A DNA stretch of 52,990 bases from a virus. The DNA lies in the IMG/VR virus record IMGVR_UViG_3300045988_169541, positions 1-52,990 of that record, one strand, 5' to 3'. This document shows positions 25,048 to 32,917 of the stretch, piece after piece (position 1 is the first letter of the stretch; each line of letters starts with the position of its first letter). The position numbers were made by a program, and so were the translations under genes. The notes below the pieces were generated by a model that was not told the DNA's origin, did not search any database, and saw only the letters and a list, made by a program, of their open reading frames with translations.

Positions 25048-25478
25048 AAATTAATAAGGTTCTTTTCAAATTCTTCAACTGAAATGTTTTTGAGGAAGTA
25101 TTTAAATAATACGTCCTTTACACGTTCGTATAGGTTTTGAAATTCGTCTTCGTCCATTTTATCGAAAGCAATAGACTTCGGAACTTCAATCCACTCTTTC
25201 CGGGCAATCGAGTATATCGGCTCACACCATCCGGCTGCCATTTCTACCGTTTTTCTGAATAGTTCGATGCTGTGCTTGAAATGCTCTACCGCTATCTCAT
25301 TCTGATATTCCCAGGCAAGGTTAATGAGTCCGAAATATTTTCGGTGAAAGGAAAGGTTTCGAGGCCGCTTGATAGTGGCCTCGTAAACCTCTCCGATTTT
25401 CAACTTTTTCTTTTCCTCGAAATCTTCATCGAAGAGTGGTTTCAGACCAACGGAAGTGTTAAGGAGTTTGATTTTCAT
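25044..25478 (-). CDS. DUF1367-like protein
   Basis: PRNLSFHRKYFGLINLAWEYQ...SIAFDKMDEDEFQNLYERV resembles DUF1367 phage proteins. Confidence 0.45.
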   Translation of the reverse strand: MKIKLLNTSVGLKPLFDEDFEEKKKLKIGEVYEATIKRPRNLSFHRKYFGLINLAWEYQNEIAVEHFKHSIELFRKTVEMAAGWCEPIYSIARKEWIEVPKSIAFDKMDEDEFQNLYERVKDVLFKYFLKNISVEEFEKNLINF

Positions 25479-25480
25479 GG

Positions 25481-25873
25481 TTAGAATGGCAGACTGTCGT
25501 CATCGTCTGCCTGTGACGGGGAATTATTTACTTCGGATTGTCTTTCTGTTTGCTGGTTCTGCTTTTCTCCGGAAGAACAGAACACGAGTTTATCAGCCCA
25601 GATAGTTATGTCCGGGATGGCTTCACCTGTGTTTTTACTGACATAAGCAGAAAAGTAGGGATTGCCACGTACCCAAACCTTTTTCCCCTTTGTAAGGTAT
25701 GCGGTCAACTTACCTTCGCTGTCGTATTTCATTACCCGGAGCCATGTTGTCCTATCTTTCCCATCTGATGTTTTTTCTGTTACACCGATTGAAAATGAGG
25801 CGTATGCCTTGCCCCCTATTGTTTTCTGCTCGGCATCCTTGCCGATGTTACCTATGGCTTGTAGTTCTATCAT
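25481..25873 (-). CDS. ssb: Single-stranded DNA-binding protein
   Basis: OB-fold pattern (GNIGKDAE...TTWLRV...GKKVWVRG) and an acidic C-terminal tip DDDDSLPF. Confidence 0.85.
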   Translation of the reverse strand: MIELQAIGNIGKDAEQKTIGGKAYASFSIGVTEKTSDGKDRTTWLRVMKYDSEGKLTAYLTKGKKVWVRGNPYFSAYVSKNTGEAIPDITIWADKLVFCSSGEKQNQQTERQSEVNNSPSQADDDDSLPF

Positions 25874-25932
25874 TTTAATATAGTTCTATAAAAATTTCAT
25901 TTAAAAACCGATAGTATTAGCTTATCAATAGT

Positions 25933-27597
25933 TCATTTGATATTTATGTTCTTTATTAATAAGTCAAACTCTGATTCCTGTTCAATAGCTTCATTAATCC
26001 CTCCAGTTATTATATTCGATATTTCCCGTTTATATTGGATTATTTTATAGATATCTTCGTCTATTGTGTTTTCCCCAAGAAAATAGATGCAGTTTACGGA
26101 ATCTTTCTGCCCGATACGATGGCATCGATCCTCACACTGGTCTGTATCAGCGGCTGTCCACGGAAGCTCCACAAATATCACATTAGAGGATGCAGTAAGC
26201 GTCAATCCGACCCCGGCCGCTTTAATGGAACAGACAATCAACTTTACAGATGGATCGTTTTGAAAGGCGTCGATATTTTTCTGCCGTGTTATCATGTCGT
26301 CGTTTCCAGTGATTGTTACTGCATCAGGGAATGCCTGTGTAAGGAATCCGGCGATTTCCTTCTGATGGATGAATACGACTATTTTTTCATCGGATTTCAG
26401 CATGTCATTGATATAATCCCTTACTGCATTTAATTTTCCCCTTGCGGAGATGTTTTTAAGGACGCCGATTCTTACCATCGTTTCACCGCGCATCGACCTT
26501 CTGACTTGCTCGTCGGTTGCTGCCCGGTATTCTTTCAGATAATCGGCAAGGTCTGAAAGTGCCGCATTATATTCGCTTTGGTTGTCTATTTCACAAGGAA
26601 CAACGGTTCTGATTTTATCGGGCAATTCTTTCAATACCTCTTTTTTGTTCCGGCTGTAAAAACAGGTCGTATTGAGTTTGTAGTTCAATTCTTCCATGTT
26701 GTCATTGAATCCGTATTCAGCTACAAACTTTGTGTATCCTCCGAATTTGTCCACCTGGTTAATGATTGCAAGCATGGAGGCGAGATCTTTTGCCTTGTTC
26801 ACTACCGGGGTCCCGGAAATAGCGAATATTACCTCCTTTCCGGACGTTAATCCCTTGGTGAACTTGCTTTGTTGGGACGAAGGGTCTTTTATCCGGTGGG
26901 CCTCGTCAATTATGACAGATTTAAACAGGTTGATGTTTGGAGTAAAAATAACATCTTTAAGTTTAAAAGCGTGTCCCGGTTTGGTGATAATGTTCTGTAC
27001 AAAGTATTTTTTAAGGCTTTCGTAGTTGCAGATGAATACATCGTTTTTTACACTTTCCCCGAATAATGATTTTCCGGAAGCAAACAAATGCCACGTGTTG
27101 ATGTTGGTATTGTTCAATATGCATGCTTTCTTATCTGTCCACATGTGCCATTCCCTTTGCCAATTTATCTTTAGAGAAGAGGGGCAGATAACCAAACAAG
27201 GAAAAGCATTCAAAGCAAGCACGGAAGCAATCGCCTGGCAGGTTTTCCCAAGTCCCATCTTATCACCGATGATTGTTCGTTTGTGGATGATGTTGTAGGC
27301 GACACCCTGTTTCTGATAGGGGTATAATTCCATTTTTAAGGGAATGTCTTGTGTCAGTTCCGGAAGTTTCGGTATTTCCCAATCCGCTTTCGCATGTTCC
27401 TTGGTAAATACGAAGCCGTACTTTTGTCCGAACATATAGACTTGCGGGGCGTATATTTTGGGAAAGAAAAATGATTTCCTTCTTGGGTCATATTCGGCAC
27501 CCGGACACACTCCCATCAGTTTTTTTATCGCCCACGTGAGATTGCGGTTGTATTCAAACGTAATCTCGAAGCTGTCGTTAGATTCCTTTATCCTCAT
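25933..27597 (-). CDS. SNF2/DEAD-like superfamily-2 helicase
   Basis: LYPYQKQGVAY, DKMGLGKTCQAI (motif I), IIDEAHRIKD (motif II), QCEDRCHRIGQKD (motif VI). Confidence 0.85.
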   Translation of the reverse strand: MRIKESNDSFEITFEYNRNLTWAIKKLMGVCPGAEYDPRRKSFFFPKIYAPQVYMFGQKYGFVFTKEHAKADWEIPKLPELTQDIPLKMELYPYQKQGVAYNIIHKRTIIGDKMGLGKTCQAIASVLALNAFPCLVICPSSLKINWQREWHMWTDKKACILNNTNINTWHLFASGKSLFGESVKNDVFICNYESLKKYFVQNIITKPGHAFKLKDVIFTPNINLFKSVIIDEAHRIKDPSSQQSKFTKGLTSGKEVIFAISGTPVVNKAKDLASMLAIINQVDKFGGYTKFVAEYGFNDNMEELNYKLNTTCFYSRNKKEVLKELPDKIRTVVPCEIDNQSEYNAALSDLADYLKEYRAATDEQVRRSMRGETMVRIGVLKNISARGKLNAVRDYINDMLKSDEKIVVFIHQKEIAGFLTQAFPDAVTITGNDDMITRQKNIDAFQNDPSVKLIVCSIKAAGVGLTLTASSNVIFVELPWTAADTDQCEDRCHRIGQKDSVNCIYFLGENTIDEDIYKIIQYKREISNIITGGINEAIEQESEFDLLIKNINIK

Positions 27598-28036
27598 GGA
27601 GTTGCTTTACTTTTTGTGTGTATAGGTCGATTAAAACTTTATAATCAAAGTCGGACAGGTGGGAGTGTTGGTGTTTGAGGATTTCAAGCTCCTCGATAAC
27701 TGCTTGTCCGTATTTCTTGATTAATCCGCGCATGTATCCGATGTTGTTCCCCTCGTCGAAGCGGTTGCAGCTCCGGCATTGGCTATTGCAGTTCTTTTCG
27801 TTGAATCGGGTGGCCATGTGGCTCCGGTTGATGAAATGACCACAATCCGATTCTTTCCAAGGGACTATCTTTCCGCATGAAATACAAACTGTATATCCCT
27901 GCGGGTTTGCATCCCGAAGTCGGATATATTCGGAAAATATGCGGTCTAATTTGGCTTTTAAGTCGGGTCTTTTCTTTACAACTACCTTGTTGTCGAATAG
28001 GGGTTGTTTCTTGGGTTTGCGTTTTATGTATGCCAT
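27578..28036 (-). CDS. ninG: NinG-like recombination protein
   Basis: LDRIFSEYIRLRDA...CISCGK...CGHFINRSHMATRFNEKNCNSQCRSCNRF is the lambda NinG pattern. Confidence 0.75.
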   Translation of the reverse strand: MAYIKRKPKKQPLFDNKVVVKKRPDLKAKLDRIFSEYIRLRDANPQGYTVCISCGKIVPWKESDCGHFINRSHMATRFNEKNCNSQCRSCNRFDEGNNIGYMRGLIKKYGQAVIEELEILKHQHSHLSDFDYKVLIDLYTQKVKQLHEDKGI

Positions 28037-28052
28037 AATGTTGATTTTTGTG

Positions 28053-28076
28053 GCCTACATCAGGATTCGAACCTGA
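28053..28076 (-). other. Isolated tRNA-like fragment (T-arm plus 3' acceptor strand only)
   Basis: Minus strand tcagg-ttcgaat-cctga followed by tgtaggc. No matching 5' acceptor, D arm or anticodon arm within about 100 nt. Confidence 0.5.
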
Positions 28077-28133
28077 ATTTTAAGTCTGATAGCCACCGGA
28101 TAATATCTTCGGCGGTTTTATTGGAGATTGTTT

Positions 28134-28529
28134 TCATTTTTGGCTAATTCCGTTTGAGTTTCTCATTTCTTCTTTTGCCATACTTACTACCGTCCGGAGC
28201 CAATCTAACTGATGGGTGGCAGCACGGTTTAGGCGTTCGATTGTGTTTACCAATAGATTTTCACGCTGACAGGATGCTTCTACAAGTTGCTTTAGAACCG
28301 ATGCAGGGCAACCAGCTTGTTTCCCGAGGTTGTAAACGATGCTTTCTGATAGTGCCTTGTCCTGATAAAACCTTGCATCTGCAAGCATCTTCCCGGTGCG
28401 GGCGATATATACCGAAAGCTCGTTTCCTCTCTCTATGGCTAAATTTGCATCCTCTGGCGGTAAGGTGGATAGATAAGCTTCTATATCTTCCACCTCTTTT
28501 TCTAAATCTTCTATGGGTGTGATTGTCAT
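28134..28529 (-). CDS. Hypothetical protein (131 aa)
   Basis: ATGA overlap with the upstream exonuclease gene. No motif recognised. Confidence 0.55.
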   Translation of the reverse strand: MTITPIEDLEKEVEDIEAYLSTLPPEDANLAIERGNELSVYIARTGKMLADARFYQDKALSESIVYNLGKQAGCPASVLKQLVEASCQRENLLVNTIERLNRAATHQLDWLRTVVSMAKEEMRNSNGISQK

Positions 28530-29173
28530 GCTGTATTTTTTAAGTCTCCGAACATAGTCCAGTATTTAAATGCGAGTTCCATACACTTGTGATGGCCGGA
28601 TTCCCATAATTCATCTCCTCTTTTTATGAATACCTTGAAGACGCGGAAGTTTTCTTTGGAAATTCCGATTAAGACGTCTTTCTCGGAGCCTGCTATATTC
28701 ATGTAGAAGAATCTTTGCCTGTCGTAGTCGAATTGCCTTACAGCGGATTCAAATTGTTCCTGTGTCGTCGCGGAGGTGCTTTTTATATCGCCTCCCCATC
28801 CCATTGACGGCATCCACAAGTCCCATTTGCATCGGACGGGCAGTGTAAAAGGGATGTCGTAGTCGAATTTCTGACAGGGATTAATCATGACTTTCTGTGT
28901 GTCTGATAGTGGAAGTATCCGGCTGGCAAACTCATCGCGCATGAATGCCTTTTTCATTTCTTCTGCTTTTTTGAAATCACCTTCTGTCATTTGTTCGCCG
29001 GCACAAGTCAGTTTGAAATAGTTGACTTTTTCCGGTTCTGTAATCATGTGATCGATTAGGTTTCCAAATTTTGCATGAACGGGGTCGATTTCCATTCCTC
29101 CGTAGAGCTGTCTTTTTAATTCAGACAGGTCGGAGTTGGATATTTCCGACCTGTCATAGTATGGGTCTTTCAT
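28526..29173 (-). CDS. PD-(D/E)XK exonuclease-like protein (recombination partner of the annealase)
   Basis: CKWDLW...WGGDIKSTSATTQEQF...YDRQRFFY: a D-x-K-(S/T) core as in Cas4/YqaJ/DUF3799-type nucleases. It lies in the RecT operon. Confidence 0.6.
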   Translation of the reverse strand: MKDPYYDRSEISNSDLSELKRQLYGGMEIDPVHAKFGNLIDHMITEPEKVNYFKLTCAGEQMTEGDFKKAEEMKKAFMRDEFASRILPLSDTQKVMINPCQKFDYDIPFTLPVRCKWDLWMPSMGWGGDIKSTSATTQEQFESAVRQFDYDRQRFFYMNIAGSEKDVLIGISKENFRVFKVFIKRGDELWESGHHKCMELAFKYWTMFGDLKNTA

Positions 29174-30339
29174 TTTGCCGTAACGACTTCTTTGTAAGTA
29201 ATAAAGTTTGACGTGATGATTTCTCCATCCTTGTTTGCGATATCCTCGCAGAATTTCTTCATCTGTGCGATGGATTTCTTTTCAATCTTTTCGTTCGGGA
29301 GATTCTTTCCTTCACGCTCGAACCAGAATATGAATATCTGTCCGTATCCGGCAGGATTGCTTACTTCGATGGAAAGCGTTTTCTTTACATTCGCCGCAGG
29401 GGCAGAATAATTTTGGTCGAATAGGGTATTGAGGGATGCTTCAGTTTTCTCTGCCTCGATGGATGTCTGTTGTTTCTGTGTGAAGTTCAACAGTTCTTGT
29501 CTTTTTTCTTCCGCTTCCCGTTTTGCCCTTTCTTCCGCTTCTTTCGCAAGCCGTTCTTTTTCCGCGGCATTTGCTTGCGCGATCTCTAACAATTCTTGTT
29601 TCTTTGAATCAACGCGATCAAGGTAGTACCGGATTTTTTCGGTGATTTTTTCATTGTATTCCAGTTCATTTTTGGCAGATTTGGAAGAAGCTATTTCTTC
29701 ATAGATTGCGATCTCTTCTTCTTTTGTAATGTAATTCCTGTATGGATATGAGAAAGTGGCCGGTTTGTATTCGGATGAGAAGTTTTTCAATTCATCTTTT
29801 TTTAGCTCGCAGTTTTGCAGCGTGATGGAGTTGAATATTTCTTTAAGCGAATCGTATGCAAGGCTTAATGTGTTTACCAGGTCGTTGGTAAAGGCTTGTT
29901 TGAAATAAGCACGCATTTCGATGCGCTCCTGTTCTGTGGCAGCCTTGATACGCCGAGACTCTTCCTCTTTTGCGGCGATTTCCGCGATATGCCGGGCAAA
30001 TGCGTTTCTGAAATTTTGTATTGCCTGTATTTCTTCCCCTGTTTTCAGTTCGTTTTCCAGTTCGGTGAAATGTTTCCGGATTTGGTCGAATGCCTGTGTG
30101 ATTGGTTTCCGGCGGTCGGTCATGGCCGAAATGGTCTTGCTTATCTTTCCGAGGAATGTTTTACACTCTTCGTCTAGGAACCGGACTTCCGGAGTGTCTG
30201 AGATAGGGGTGTTTTCTATTTTAGCGAGCAGGATTTTTGCGACTTCTTTTGCTTTTTCATTACTTGCAATGTTTTGCGCAATGATGTCTTTTGCCTGTAA
30301 TAATGCTTCCTGTGTTGTTGAGAGTGCTGTTGTTTCCAT
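29170..30339 (-). CDS. Long coiled-coil protein, unknown function (389 aa)
   Basis: Glu/Lys-rich heptad-like sequence throughout. It sits between the annealase and the exonuclease. Confidence 0.55.
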   Translation of the reverse strand: METTALSTTQEALLQAKDIIAQNIASNEKAKEVAKILLAKIENTPISDTPEVRFLDEECKTFLGKISKTISAMTDRRKPITQAFDQIRKHFTELENELKTGEEIQAIQNFRNAFARHIAEIAAKEEESRRIKAATEQERIEMRAYFKQAFTNDLVNTLSLAYDSLKEIFNSITLQNCELKKDELKNFSSEYKPATFSYPYRNYITKEEEIAIYEEIASSKSAKNELEYNEKITEKIRYYLDRVDSKKQELLEIAQANAAEKERLAKEAEERAKREAEEKRQELLNFTQKQQTSIEAEKTEASLNTLFDQNYSAPAANVKKTLSIEVSNPAGYGQIFIFWFEREGKNLPNEKIEKKSIAQMKKFCEDIANKDGEIITSNFITYKEVVTAK

Positions 30340-30341
30340 GA

Positions 30342-31301
30342 TTAAAAGGGTTCTTCTGGGTTTTCTACTATGTTTACACCGCCCTGTTGCTTGGCGATTT
30401 CCTGTACATCTGTCTCTTCGGCTTCTTCTTCGGTTTCTTTTTGCGGGACTTGGTTGTATACTGGCTCATCCAACCCATAGTCGGAGGCCTGGACTTGTTC
30501 GTCTTGCTGTAAAGCGGAGAATTGTCCTAACCTTAATTTCGGAAATGTCTTGAAAGCGTGCTTGATTACTTTCGCTTCAAGGAATCCGGTGTCGATTTGA
30601 CCTTCATTTGAATGGTAGAGGGCATTGGCGTCTCCATATACATTCCCGTCTTTGTCTTTCCGTTGATTTTTCTTTAAGGAATATCCTTTCAGACGGTCGA
30701 TGTCTTCTGGAAGCATCCAAAAGAAGTCAAAGGAACGATCGGGGCGGGTCAGCTTGATAAAAGCTCCGATGATTGTTTTGCTTTGCCGTGGAATGGCTGC
30801 CGAATAGACTACCACTTTCTGTCCGGTTTCGGTTACCTTGGGCTTAAATTCATCCCCCTCGAATACGATTACAGGACGGTCGGCATATAATAGCTGTCCA
30901 GCTTGGATTCTTAAATCGAGCTCTCCATATGGAGAAATTTCAATGGACATCCGTTGTTCCCATGTTTGTTTTTCTTTTGTTCCTACATTCACGGAACCGG
31001 GGATGATGTAAATAAGGGGCCGGGATGCGTTTTCAAGGGTAAGTCCCATGCTTGCGATGTCAAGGAGTACTCCATATGTGGAGAAACCTGTACATTTTGC
31101 TAGGTTTGGGGAGGCTTGTATGATTCTCTGTAGGTTGTATTTTTCTTTTTCAAAGAATAATTCGCCCTGCTCAGAGTTGTGGATGTTATTGTAGAGTGTA
31201 ACGAATCGCTCTCTTACTCTCGTATCCTCTAAAATCTGAAACGGAGACATGGATTTAAGCTCCGTGATCGTCAGCTTTTTTGTTTCTGAATTATTTTCCA
31301 T
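30342..31301 (-). CDS. RecT-like single-strand annealing protein (319 aa from ATG 31301)
   Basis: LLDIASMGLTLENASRPLIYIIPG...ISPYGELDLRIQAGQL resembles the RecT core. Acidic tail ending ENPEEPF. The track's 52-codon N-terminal extension runs through structured, tRNA-like DNA. Confidence 0.6.
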   Translation of the reverse strand: MENNSETKKLTITELKSMSPFQILEDTRVRERFVTLYNNIHNSEQGELFFEKEKYNLQRIIQASPNLAKCTGFSTYGVLLDIASMGLTLENASRPLIYIIPGSVNVGTKEKQTWEQRMSIEISPYGELDLRIQAGQLLYADRPVIVFEGDEFKPKVTETGQKVVVYSAAIPRQSKTIIGAFIKLTRPDRSFDFFWMLPEDIDRLKGYSLKKNQRKDKDGNVYGDANALYHSNEGQIDTGFLEAKVIKHAFKTFPKLRLGQFSALQQDEQVQASDYGLDEPVYNQVPQKETEEEAEETDVQEIAKQQGGVNIVENPEEPF

Positions 31302-31327
31302 ACTTTTGTTTTGTTGTTTGAAATGTG

Positions 31328-31445
31328 ACGGGTAAGAGGAATCGAACCTCTTTCTAAGTACTCCAGTACAACCCGTTGCTGGCTTAATGCGCCTTTGACA
31401 CGCGACTTTCGCCACTACCGGAGTATTGCCCGGTAGTTCACCAGC
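31328..31445 (-). ncRNA. GC-rich structured element with a tRNA-like 3' domain (unclassified)
   Basis: Minus-strand helices: 31441..31445/31378..31382 (5 bp), 31430..31436/31415..31421 (7 bp), gcga-aag-tcgc, gtac-tgga-gtac. T-arm agagg-ttcgatt-cctct (31335..31351). Acceptor-like acgggtt/tacccgt pairs 6 of 7. Confidence 0.4.
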
Positions 31446-31508
31446 CCGCAGCGACAAACTGCGTGTTTTTTATTGTCTGTCAACATGTCAAAGAGCTTGG
31501 AGTTTTTT

Positions 31509-31544
31509 GTAAGGCCGTCACGTCATCAAACTAAACGGCCTTAC
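31509..31544. other. 10-bp perfect hairpin next to tRNA-Thr
   Basis: gtaaggccgt / acggccttac with a 16-nt loop. T-tracts flank it on the plus strand only, so it is terminator-like for antisense transcription. Confidence 0.5.
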
Positions 31545-31550
31545 TTTTGA

Positions 31551-31622
31551 GCCTACTGTCTGGTTCGAACGGATGACCTTCGGAGTACAAAACCGATGCT
31601 CTACCAACTGAGCTAAGTAGGC
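31551..31622 (-). tRNA. tRNA-Thr(UGU)-like, 72 nt, with a weak T-stem
   Basis: GCCTACT-TA-GCTC-AGTTGGTA-GAGC-A-TCGGT-TTTGTAC-TCCGA-AGGTC-ATCCG-TTCGAAC-CAGAC-AGTAGGC. Perfect acceptor and D arms. One U-U at 31:39. Only 3 of 5 T-stem pairs. Confidence 0.55.
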
Positions 31623-31649
31623 GGGTTGCCCGTCTTCCCGGGCTGCCAG

Positions 31650-31970
31650 TTATTTTTTCTTTTTGTCTTCCTCTTTTAATTCAACCTCTGATTCCAAATC
31701 GTCTTTGATTGCCTTCACGGCTTCAATTGTTTCTTTTGCCCGGCGGATGATGTCTTTTTGCTCCAACATCTGATTGATTGTTGTCGTGTAGTTGACTTCC
31801 TTTTCTCCCAATTTTTTACAAAGTTCCTCGTATCGGATTTCGGCTTCCGTCATTTGTCTTTCTGCGTCATCGCTCGCGGATTCTAAAGAACGTTTAACAT
31901 CTCTTTCCCTCAGATCGAATAATCTGTCGATAAAATTAGCTCCGGATAAAATTGCTTTCAGTTTTTTCAT
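31650..31970 (-). CDS. Coiled-coil hypothetical protein (106 aa)
   Basis: ATGA overlap with the upstream gene. No motif recognised. Confidence 0.5.
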   Translation of the reverse strand: MKKLKAILSGANFIDRLFDLRERDVKRSLESASDDAERQMTEAEIRYEELCKKLGEKEVNYTTTINQMLEQKDIIRRAKETIEAVKAIKDDLESEVELKEEDKKKK

Positions 31971-32308
31971 GATTCCACTTTTAAGGTTAAAAATTTATGT
32001 TCGCCTATTAGGTCTATAGAATGTGTTTTTTTATTCGATTCTGTCATGGAGAATGTCCCAGAAAAATAAGCTTGTGGAAATCCTCTTAGTTCCCCATACA
32101 TTCCTACATTATTATCTTCAAGCATATCATCGTACCAATTCCAACGTCCTCCATCTATATCTATTCTATAATAATCAAAAGCTTGGGATACAATAACAGC
32201 CGCTCTCCCACAATATATGTCCATGGATCCATGTGGATTTCGATGTTTAGAATGTACAAACTCTTCTTTTGGTTTAATTATTACTTTGTCTCCTACTTTG
32301 TATTTCAT
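31967..32308 (-). CDS. Hypothetical protein (113 aa)
   Basis: ATG ORF downstream of tRNA-Cys. No motif recognised. Confidence 0.5.
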   Translation of the reverse strand: MKYKVGDKVIIKPKEEFVHSKHRNPHGSMDIYCGRAAVIVSQAFDYYRIDIDGGRWNWYDDMLEDNNVGMYGELRGFPQAYFSGTFSMTESNKKTHSIDLIGEHKFLTLKVES

Positions 32309-32331
32309 TTTTGTTAAAATTTAAATTCTGA

Positions 32332-32401
32332 GGTCGGTGCGGGATTCGAACCCGCGTACCCAGTTTTGCGGACTGGCTCCTGACCACTCGGACAACCGAC
32401 C
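32332..32401 (-). tRNA. tRNA-Cys(GCA), 70 nt, CCA not encoded
   Basis: GGTCGGT-TG-TCCG-AGTGGTC-AGGA-G-CCAGT-CCGCAAA-ACTGG-GTAC-GCGGG-TTCGAAT-CCCGC-ACCGACC. Discriminator U. The 13:22 mismatch is typical of tRNA-Cys. C instead of U at position 33. Confidence 0.75.
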
Positions 32402-32458
32402 CTTTGCCGGAGCAACCTATATATATGGCCACAGTTACAATTGGCTGCCCCGGACTGA

Positions 32459-32647
32459 TTAATTGTTGTTAATAATGGCACTCTGTACTTTTACCAGCTC
32501 TTTGTACCTTAATAGTTCCTGTTTAAGGGTTTCACATTCCTTAAAATATTTTGTCCAAGATGCATTTGCAGCATCGAGCTGCTTTTTTAAGTTTTCAATT
32601 TCTTTATCCTTTTTGTCACTTACATTTACATTTGCATTGTCGTTCAT
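32459..32647 (-). CDS. Small coiled-coil hypothetical protein (62 aa)
   Basis: ATG ORF upstream of tRNA-Cys. Confidence 0.45.
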   Translation of the reverse strand: MNDNANVNVSDKKDKEIENLKKQLDAANASWTKYFKECETLKQELLRYKELVKVQSAIINNN

Positions 32648-32724
32648 AACTTTTCCCTTTTAAAATTTTGCCTTTCGTGCTATCTCCCGACAGGACTAGG
32701 GCTACAATGTACTTTATATGTCAC

Positions 32725-32787
32725 TTAAAAAAAGGTCCGGTGTGAAATGGAGATGTTGTGGTGTAAAGAAAAGAATGTCACCGGACC
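32725..32787 (-). terminator. Terminator of the SPFH operon (large-loop hairpin plus U7)
   Basis: ggtccggtg (32734..32742) / caccggacc (32779..32787), 36-nt loop. Plus-strand A7 (32727..32733) gives U7 on the minus strand. Confidence 0.6.
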
Positions 32788-32917
32788 AAAGAACTCACGA
32801 CATATTTTTATACAGGTTCCGCACCCTGTTCCCCCTTACTTTCACCCGGGGCGGTGTTAGGTTTACTTTGTTTAAGCCGGACCAAACCTTGCTAAATTCC
32901 TCCGCCATTACGTATCT

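Noticed and set aside
28053-28076. A complete tRNA gene, or an attP core, at the T-arm-like sequence.
   Set aside because: No 5' acceptor strand, D arm or 7-nt anticodon loop could be built in any register. attP is unsupported because no integrase is present. It is kept only as a tRNA-derived fragment.
31302-31457. N-terminal 52 codons of track ORF 30342..31457.
   Set aside because: The extension runs through GC-rich, strongly folded DNA with a tRNA T-arm. An internal ATG at 31301 gives a normal RecT-like N-terminus (MENNSETKK...).
31460-31500. Sigma70-like duplicated TTGACA (ctttgacatgttgaca on the minus strand) as a promoter for the structured element.
   Set aside because: No suitably spaced -10 or TAnnTTTG element follows, and Bacteroidota promoters do not use the TTGACA/TATAAT consensus. 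It is left unannotated.
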